This document shows positions 39,595-64,000 of a stretch of DNA of 64,000 nucleotides, piece after piece. The stretch is from Owenia fusiformis (lineage: Eukaryota). Under the pieces are notes generated by a model, which was not told the origin of the DNA, searched no databases, and was given only the letters and a program-made list of their open reading frames with translations. Position 1 is the first letter of the stretch. Every line of letters starts with the position of its first letter. The stretch is from the NCBI GenBank assembly GCA_903813345.2, contig CAIIXF020000001.1, forward strand, positions 13,330,001 to 13,394,000, in the 5' to 3' direction. Both the position numbers and the translations under genes were made by a program.

Positions 39595-42500
39595 TTAATT
39601 ATTACCTAATAATTAGACCCACTTTATGTTTTTATTAAATATTCTAAAGTAGTGTTGTTTTCAGTTGTTTAATGGTGTCAACTTTTTGTTTGATGCTAAT
39701 TTAATCTTGTTTTCCACACTGGTGCGTGTGGATGGCCATTTTGGGATTTTCAGAGACCCAGTCCATGTAGCATTCCACAGGACTGTATCGATTTAGGTTG
39801 GTGAAGTAGCCCGTTGTTCTACTTCCAAGTGTAAAGTGGTACGTATCTTTACCACAGACCCTCTGGTTTGGTATGTAGGTGGGACCTAATATACAAACAT
39901 ATCAAATCTTCCCAAGCCAAAATTGTAGATCCCAGTTGTAAAACCCTGTCTTATCATGACCCACCAGAACATCTAGAGTGTCATGTCTTGAAAGCACATA
40001 CATTATGCATTTGTTGGTGTGGATGTCTCCTGTACCCTGTTCTCGTCCTGTTAGTGAGTTTCTTTCGATGATGGTCATGCTGGGCATGATTATAATCGAG
40101 AGATAGCTTGGGTAGACGTACCCATACAGTGACCCGAATATGCCCCTCCCCTTACATTCCACTTGCCCGAAATGTGTGTGATGGTACGATCCTCTTGTGC
40201 TTTCCTGGTTGATGAGGAAACGTTGTACTATATCTCCCTACAACTGGAGATCTCCATAGCCATATCAGAACGTCTGGTATACTTTTTCTTTTGCCTACTC
40301 CAACAAAAGACCCCAGCAAAACCTGTCCGACTGGTATAGAGCCATTGACTTGGGTAGGGTGGTCCAGGAAGCCCCTGCCCAGTGATCATACTTCTAACCA
40401 GTCCCAACATATTTGTGTGCACCTGTCCCATATCGTATATAGGTGACTAGGAAAGTTGTCTATTGGGAAATAGTCATTATATGACTGATAATGGGAGTAG
40501 CGATAATGGAATGTCCGAAGGATGACCTAATTGGTCTGATCAAGTCCAACTGGCAAACCTATTCAACTTTGTAGAAGTAGGTCACCATGCATACAACCAT
40601 CTTATGTGTCAATGGTGGTCCCTTTCATTGAACTGATTTGGGATCTGTTATTTATACGGTCTGATAGATATTTGAGCTACTGCCTCGATCTTGGCAAGTG
40701 GTATTGCCAAGATTAGTTACCAAAATGTTGATAGTGGACTGTCAGTGGAAGTGAGCATGTCTGGACATAGCTTTTGCTGGCGTCAATCAGCTTTTGTTCC
40801 AAGGAGGGCTGATTGTCACAAGTCCCCTATGTGGAGTGTTATCAGTCAACAATCCATGTACCATCTGATGTGGCTGACATTTACCACATATGTATGTGGC
40901 ATTTACTACGAGAGTAAATGTCATTTGCTATGTGTGTACATGTATCCTTGGCGACTTATATTTCCTGAGAAGCCGCGGGGTTGTTGTGTTTCTTAAGAGT
41001 GGAACCCTAATTATAGCTAGATGGTTTGAGTGGCCTGTGCTACCTGTTGTCCCTACTGTCTCTGATTGCCAATATCATGTAAATATTGATTAATATTGAC
41101 ACATTGAATAAAGCTTCCCTTAGCGTTCCCCCCTTTAGTGATGTTGATACCTCCACACGGGAAGATGGTTCCCATAGATCCGAAGAGTTGCTAAATAAAC
41201 CCCAAGTTTACATCTCTGATAATGATGGCGTCAGGATAATGTACAGTCTCTGGTGCCTCATTGATTTATCCTTTCCATTATTGATTACCAACTGAAGTAA
41301 TGAGAAAAGACTGTCTACCCAAACTGTTACCTTGTTGCCCTAGTAGATGACCTAGGCTCAACCGTTACACAATTGGAGTAATTGTGAACGTAATGTTTGA
41401 GGCAGAGTTCCCTTGTACATAGTGTATATAATTGTGATGGTGCCGAAAGCTGTCAGTAAAACATTGCACCAACTGTAAAATGTTATCTCCATCCCTCAAT
41501 GGTCCCTAAATGCCTAACTCCAGCAATGTCACTTAGCTGTAGCCTATTTTGTCTTGTCCCACAGTCTTAAGGTAGGCGGACATTGAATATGTGTGTGGTT
41601 ACCATGGTTGACGATCCCTGGAGCTAGTATAGATATGAATGTCTATGTAACGTGTCTCCACAAGAGACTTATTCGTTGGCTGGCAATGGGAGGAAGTTGT
41701 AGCTATTGTAGATTGGAACATCCGCATAGCAATGATACGAGAGTGGAGTTTCTCTTCCAGGTTTAGAGATGTCGACCACAAGCCAACAATATAGAGAGAC
41801 ATTAAGAGGACATTCTGTAACCATACACCAAGGATTATTGGAGAAGCTTACTACATATATTTGATCTTCATACTGTATTTGATGTGCTATATATGAACTT
41901 ATGACTATCTCTGTTATACAGAGGCGTTACCAGGGTACGCAGTGTTCTGGATACGACTAGTGCCAACTTAGTATAAAATGACTAAACATTCATTGGAATT
42001 CTAAGAAGAAAACAATCTTAATGACTATAGCTACAAAATACATGTGCTATTCTGAACTCTTGATATTAATATAAATGTGGTTTCTTCATACGAATATTGT
42101 AATGACATGTTTTTTCAGGTGATGCAAGTCATAAATGTATAACCATGTAAACTACTGTATTATTATGCACCTTTGAGATCATATCTTCACATTGAATTAC
42201 AAACTTATCATGTATATTTTTGATTTATCTTTTAATTATTTTGTAACAATTGTGTAAAAGTTCGGGACGAACTTATTTCAAAGAAGGGGGCAGTGTAACG
42301 ACCCATCAGTCTGTCTTCTCTTTTCAATGGCTTATATCTGGCCTGATGTGCCGTTACTGAGCCTTATTATTGCATTGCTTTAGTCAAAATAACTAACAAT
42401 TTCACTGTTCACCAGTATGGAGTTTTACTGTATTATATATGTCCTGTATTTGCATGTATTCTGTGGCCAGCGCCTTCATAGCGCCAATGCTAGTTTTGTT

Positions 42501-43700
42501 TACAGTTAATGCAGAGTGCATCTGTACTTTGCTGGCTAAGCCTATAGCGACTGGACATCGCCTTGTAATTGTATGAATTTTGTCTGTTAACTTTAGTAAG
42601 AGTCACCATGAGTCATAGGCTGTGTAGCCCGTCCACTACTTCAGTTTTTGCAGTTACTCAGCTTAAGGATATAGTTCCATTGTTTATATCGCCTTGTTGT
42701 GATTATTTTGACCTATGTACGCTATTTAGTGTGTCTAATTTATTGTATACATGTTTATATATATGTACATAACTCTACTGTGCTTCGAATTGTCTTATTT
42801 TAAAGTGTAGTTCATCTTGTTATGTGAGTAGTGATATGTAATCATGTTGTGTGATCAGTCTCTTGGAAATCTCAAAATGGTGGAACACAGGTTGCTAATT
42901 TCTCTTCAATTAAATTGGATTTATAGCAGTTTCCGTTCGTTAATCGAGGTGAATGGTGTTCTAAGGTAATTATGAAGTAGTTATTTAATTGGTCAAGAAG
43001 TTTCAACGCATTTCATTAACTGATTCAGTTGTTATTTAGAGTCAAACTTTTGATGTGATTTCCATGTAACTTTGAGTTTAAATCATGTCTTTTCTTGTTA
43101 AAATCTACCTCTTATTACGGTAATTATGCTTAATTGTTAGTGTTAATTATACCCAGTATACCGGTAGAACACGTATTGGTACCAGGGTCCCGTTTTGGAG
43201 TGAGTTTTGGGGTGATTCAAGCCATCCCAATGTACGGTAATGGAAGCTGCAGATGGCTGTCAGGTTGCTAGCCAAATGTAGCTAGGCTCTAGTTGGAGCC
43301 ATTTGCAGCCATGTAGGAGTTGCATGGTATTTGGGTATATTTTACACTACATAAGTCAGATCTTATTCGTTATGTAACATAACTTGTATTAATGAATGAT
43401 TTCCAATTGAAATAGAATTAATTAATGTTAATCTTTAATTGCTTTTATTATGTTGTTTTATTGTGTTGGTGAGATTAACACTTATACATACACCCCCCCC
43501 CCCCGACTAACATTGACTATTAACATGGACTGCGACATTTAGACTTCCCCTAATCAACGCCCCCTCCCTCAGTCACACTGGCTGTTATGCCGTATGTGAC
43601 TAGTCACTCACCCCCCTCACATTCGCACTTTCCCAGATACGAGCTACAAGTGGCTACACAATTGGTGTGTGAATATAGGTGACCAGGCTGACCCCCCCCT

Positions 43701-44723
43701 GGCTACATTTAGCTGCAGCCCTATAGTAACTAGTTAGTTGTCCCACACCACCCTTGGTCCGAGGCTACATTGGGCTGCAACCCTATATTGACTATTGAGG
43801 TGTCCCATACCACCCTATACCCGGGGCTACATTAGGCTGCAACCCTATATTGACTAGTGAGGTGTCCAATACCACCCTATACCCGGGGCTACATCAGGCT
43901 GCAACCCTATATTAGCTAGTGGGTTGTCCCATACCACCCTTGGTCCAGGGCTACATTAGGCTGCAACCCTATATTAACTAGTGAGGTGTCCAATACCACC
44001 CTATACCCGGGGCTACATCAGGCTGCAACCCTATATTAACTAGTGAGGTGTCCAATACCACCCTATACCCGGGGCTACATCAGGCTGCAACCCTATATTA
44101 ACTTGTGAGGTGTCCCATACCACCCTATACCTGGGGCTACATTAGGCTGCAACCCTATATTGACTAGTGAGGTGTCCCATACCACCCTATACCCGGGGCT
44201 ACATTAGGCTGCAACCCTATATTGACTAGTGAGGTGTCCCATACCACCCTATACCCGGGGCTACATTAGGCTGCAACCCTATATTGACTAGTGAGGTGTC
44301 CCATACCACCCTTTACCCGGGGCTACATTAGGCTGCAACCCTATATTGACTAGTGAGGTGTCCCATACCACCCTATACCCGGGGCTACATTAGGCTGCAA
44401 CCCTATATTGACTAGTGAGGTGTCCCATACCACCCTATACCCGGGGCTACATTAGGCTGCAACCCTATATTGACTAGTGAGGTGTCCCATACCACCCTAT
44501 ACCCGGGGCTACATTAGGCTGCAACCCTATATTGACTAGTGAGGTGTCCCATACCACCCTATACCCGGGGCTACATTAGGCTGCAACCCTATATTGACTA
44601 GTGAGGTGTCCCATACCACCCCATACCCGGGGCTACATCAGGCTGCAACCCTATACCAACTAGTAGGGTCCCCATACCACTCTATTCCCTGGGCTACATT
44701 GGGCTACACCCCTCTGGTATCAA
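43701..44723. repeat. 62-bp tandem array (~16 units) in the 3' LTR
   Basis: Same unit, same apparent copy number and same order of variant units as in the 5' LTR. Confidence 0.95.
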
Positions 44724-45204
44724 GTGAGGTGACCAATACCATTTCTCATCCTTGACTACACATAGTTATAACCCCAATGTATGTAGCAGGATGATCCTAT
44801 TGACTTATCCTTACTGACTACATGTGACTTTACTCTCACATATTAATACGGACTTAATACAGACTTATAAACCCACATGTAATTGTTTTATTATTAAATG
44901 ATAATGTTGAAATGATACTGCTTTGGGAATAAGATAACAGTCTGGGACTGTGTTATGCCAAGGCCATGCTACACTTGTATGGCAGATACATGGCCCAGGA
45001 TTGTTACAGTAGCTTTAACTAAGAATAAGACGCTGTTATCTTCGTATCCAGCATGTTTTTCACTACCTACCAGTGTTTGGTACAATTCTGATAACTACCC
45101 AAAGGTTAAATAGATAGGAGAACGCAGAATTCCCGATACATACCTCTAACTTGAATTTTGCGATTTCTTTTTAGAAGAATTATCGTAGTGACACCTTAAT
45201 GTGA

Positions 45205-45265
45205 CACGTGACCCGGAAGTAGGTATCATGTGATAGCTCAAAATGGCGGCTCGAATTGGAGGTGT
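45205..45265 (+). promoter_or_regulatory. Probable WASHC5 core promoter and non-coding first exon
   Basis: E-box CACGTG (45205), ETS-type CCGGAAGT (45213), YY1-type AAAATGGCGGC (45240) and donor GTAAGA (45266). The acceptor TTTCAG at 45653 precedes the ATG exon. Confidence 0.6.
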
Positions 45266-45775
45266 GTAAGATTTCATCCTATTCCTTGACAATTTCTTCA
45301 CACTTCTCAATTATAGGCTGTAATATTACCTTAAATTCTCAACTTTAATCATTCTTTTATATTTACAACATATCAGCATTGACAAATAGCTGCGGCGGCC
45401 ACTAAAGTAGGTCGTCGTACAATCCAATTTCATTTTCATTCAATTCTGAATTCATGTTTTACTGAGTTTTACTAAGTCCTACTCTAGATCTTCAGTGAGA
45501 GTGAATGGGGGTCTGCTATTTGATTTAGAATCGATTATGTATTCAGGATTTATATAAAGATTAGGAAAACTAAAAAGTTAGCATTGGATGAATTTGTTTC
45601 AGTTGGACTCTCAGTTGAATCAGATAGATCAACTCTACATTTTCTAATTTCAGGCAATATACAATTATGGAATGATGCAAAGAAGAATTAAAGCTAGATC
45701 TACTACTATAACGTACACATGGTATTGTTACAACGATTAAAAGAATATATTCAACGCACAACCTAAAAATCCAAG

Positions 45776-61083
<15,308 letters not shown>

Positions 61084-61777
61084 TCCATGTCAGGAACTAG
61101 ATGGGGGAAAGTGTATCCTGTATATGTATCATGGTTAAGTTTTTACATTTTCCAGTGGAATATTCTACAGGAATTCTTTATATCTTCATATTTCAAATAA
61201 TACTTCCTCCCAGATATGTATGGAATAAACATTGACAATTCAATTGACAGGAGTAACAGTAGTTTTGTTATGTGGAAGTCAGAGAATTTCAATTCTCAAC
61301 ACTTATCTTAGTTCCTGTGACTTTGTGCAATACATAACAGTGTAGGTTGTGTATAATGTAATAAATGAAGTTTGTATTACTGCCGCATTATTTTTCTTCA
61401 ATATTGTACATTCAAAATTTGAGAAATATGTACTATTATATTCATGATACTGTATGGTTGCTATATACCTAATGAATTTCCGTATTTGTACATAAATATA
61501 TAATGTAAATAAATAAAACATATAAATTGGAATAACCCAATGTCCTATTTGAAATACAAAATACAATGTATGTGTAAAATAGTTTTTCTTTTTGATATGT
61601 TAAACTTTACTCTTCCATTTGGTAGATATACCCCCAGACCTTGTTACATACTTTTACTTTCAACCTTTCATCTAAGTAATCATCAGTCAGAATATGTGTA
61701 TAAGGAATTTCCTACTTGAGCATGTCCTACTTCATCATTGAAAAACATTTGGTAGGAATTCTCCTACTTAAAAATGA

Positions 61778-62046
61778 CATTGTTGAAAATATTAATAGAA
61801 ATTATTTTACTTGAATATATGGCATTGTTGAAACTATGGGTAAAAAATTGTCCCTGGCTTGAAAGTGGCATAGCTGAAAATATGGGTAAAAATTGCCCCA
61901 CTTGAGTATGGCATTGTTGAAAATATGGGTAAAAAATTGTTCCTGGCTTGAAAGTGGCATAGCTGAAAATATGAGTAAAAACTGTCGCACTTCAGCAAGG
62001 CATTATAAAAATGGGTAGAAATTGTCCCATTTGAACACTGTTGAAT
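61778..62046. repeat. Minisatellite between WASHC5 and ENOSF1 (~89-bp period built from ~40-48-bp subunits)
   Basis: GGCATTGTTGAAAATATGGGTAAAAAATTGT-like subunit repeated about 6 times. Confidence 0.8.
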
Positions 62047-62359
62047 CATCTTAGTTGTTGATTTATAGAAATTATAGTCTAACTAAGCACTCGCTCACGT
62101 TATTAGTACCCATTATTTACTCATTTTGTACAAATTGAGTAATCAGTATATCTCCTTTTGTATTTCTCACATATCCTCTCACTTTGGCAATCATCCTGAC
62201 CCCACAACATAAATATTTACTATTATTATTATGCACTAGTATCGCATAGTAGTCATATTGCACATTTTAACTGATCTGAAGAAGTGCTTGGAATGTTTTT
62301 GCAGAATTAGCTTGCACTTCAAATGCTGATTTCTCTTCATACTTGGCTCACTTGGTGAG

Positions 62360-63724
62360 TTATTGCTTCAGATGAAACTCGTCAACATCTAGTGGTACAA
62401 ATTCTCCTTCCTTAAAGAGTCGCTGCCATTCATTACCTTCGGGGTATGTGTAATCAGCTATCGAGGCAGGGCTCAACTCTGTACTGTAGCCAGGAGCCTG
62501 AAACAGAAAATGACCTTTTTTCATTCGAATAGCATAGGTTGGTGAAAAACAGATTTTAAGAATATTTAGAAAAAAATACCTCTGAATTAAGTGATTACAC
62601 ATTCCCTAGGGGTAATATATTTCCTCAACAAGGAAACACATTGATGGAGTATATTCAGGTATTATGTTTCCTCATTGATACACAGATTTGATGACGACAT
62701 CATCAAGAAATACCACAATTGTACACAATGGATTTCAGATTTTCTGTAGCATCTCAGATCATGATTCCAGTATAAAAAGGTGATCATTTACCAATGGAGC
62801 AGTGTAGCAGCCATTCTTCATGACGACTGGATTAACAAAGTGTTCAAAAAGATGATCAGCGCTCTCAGTCATTCTGAAAAAAATATAACATTAGTTTTTG
62901 AACACCTCTCTAATCAGAAGATCTCTCAATGTGAATACTTTTCAGTCAAATTTTTATCTATCATAAACTTTTATGTATTGTTGAAAAACCTTGAAATGTG
63001 AACACCTGCCAATCCGAACACTTTTGGCTGGTCTAAATGGTGTTCAGATGAGACAGGTTCTACCGCAAATTCATTTCGTTGATGTAACCTTAGAAATCAA
63101 AACTTTATAGTATGAGTTCAGGAACACTTCTGGTAATACACCCCCAGACTATTTTATATATTTTACTTGTAGGCAGATACTGCTCACCATGTGAAAACAG
63201 TTTCAAAGTGTTTCCCTGGGCCCGATCCTAAGTGGAATATATTCTTACACACGTTCAAATCATTTTTGTTTTCATGGTACATGAGGCAACCAGGATTAAT
63301 AATTGCAAATCTTTAATTTTTCTTATTTGTATTAACACAGCATTAATATGCAAAATGTCACCACCTGCCATTTGTTACATACGCCGGATGACAACCAACA
63401 TCACAAAAAAGTTGGAGACCATAAGAATATGCCACCACTTTTGGCGGTGACATAAAAATCATAGATTAGTACAAGTTCATGAGCCTGTGGTTGAATGCAT
63501 TTGTATGGGCGATTGGTCATACGTATAGGTTGGAGTTTCGATTCTATATGCAAGCTTAAACTCCCTTATACCTCTAGGCTTCCCAAATAGATTTACAGTC
63601 TGAAGCAACTTGCAATTTTCATACCTACTCTCCAAGGTAGCTGATATACTGATGTAATCAAATATGGACAGATGTTGTACCATCTCACAGAGACCCACCC
63701 CTCCTGCATGAGGACACACTGGCA
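62360..63724 (-). CDS. ENOSF1: Enolase superfamily member 1 / L-fuconate dehydratase, last three exons (5' part outside the window)
   Basis: Exons 63724-63625 (PVCPHAGGVGLCEMVQHLSIFDYISISATLES), 62873-62792 (MTESADHLFEHFVNPVVMKNGCYTAPL) and 62497-62360 (APGYSTELSPASIADYTYPEGNEWQRLF...*), with consistent phases. Confidence 0.93.
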
Positions 63725-64000
63725 CTGAAAGAAGCACACCAGGTGTATGTATTCCATAATAATATTGACTAGACTACTGTCTTTGGTACGTAAGAAGTGG
63801 GAATTTAGGAGTACATGCTGTTACTTTGAAGCAAGGTCTTAAAGTTACAATACAAGAGCTCTCCTAATTCATGAAAGTTTCTGTATATTGAAATTGACTT
63901 ATTTGGTTTTAAAGAGGTTACATACACAGGTCAGTTTGATACTAAAACATGTTTGTTTGATGTTGAAAAGTGAGAGGAAATACTTTAGAAAAGTGGTCCT

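Larger units (their letters stand above)
36855..45008 (+). mobile_element. Non-autonomous Gypsy-type LTR retrotransposon (8154 bp)
   Basis: LTRs at 36855-39575 and 42294-45008 with TGTAAC...GTTACA ends and a GTAG TSD. PBS TGGTGGCAGCGTCGGGAT at 39577; PPT AAAGAAGGGGG just before 42294. The 2.7-kb interior has no long ORF. Confidence 0.95.
36130..45014. mobile_element. PIF/Harbinger-like MITE (~730 bp) whose right TIR is split by the LTR element
   Basis: TTA-AGCTATGTTCACACCAACGGCG at 36127 and CGCCGTTGGTGTGAACGTAG[LTR element]CT-TTA ending at 45017; 3-bp TTA TSD. Confidence 0.8.

Noticed and set aside
36855-45008. The 2.7-kb direct repeat as a plain segmental duplication
   Set aside because: TG...CA ends, the GTAG TSD, PBS and PPT define a genuine LTR insertion.

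Overview
AT-rich animal genomic DNA with GT-AG introns; the repeat landscape suggests a marine invertebrate, but the species cannot be determined from the sequence. (1) About 2.5-34.4 kb holds three tandem copies of a segment carrying two paralogous 3-exon, minus-strand GNAT acyltransferase genes (A and B). B is intact in all three copies; A is intact only in copy 3. The copies differ by many TE insertions, so filled and empty sites can be compared directly. (2) Two non-coding elements are bracketed by ~460-470 bp long direct repeats with GG...CC ends and 4-bp AT-rich target duplications; one also appears as a solo repeat at the paralogous site. (3) At 36855-45008 lies a very young non-autonomous Gypsy-type LTR element with 2.7-kb LTRs that each carry a 62-bp tandem array; it inserted into the TIR of a MITE just upstream of the next gene. 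(4) A complete WASHC5/strumpellin gene (28 coding exons, ~1166 aa) has a 5x99-bp tandem amplification of an exon end plus its splice donor. (5) The last three exons of a convergent ENOSF1 gene close the window. All alignments and counts were done by eye.
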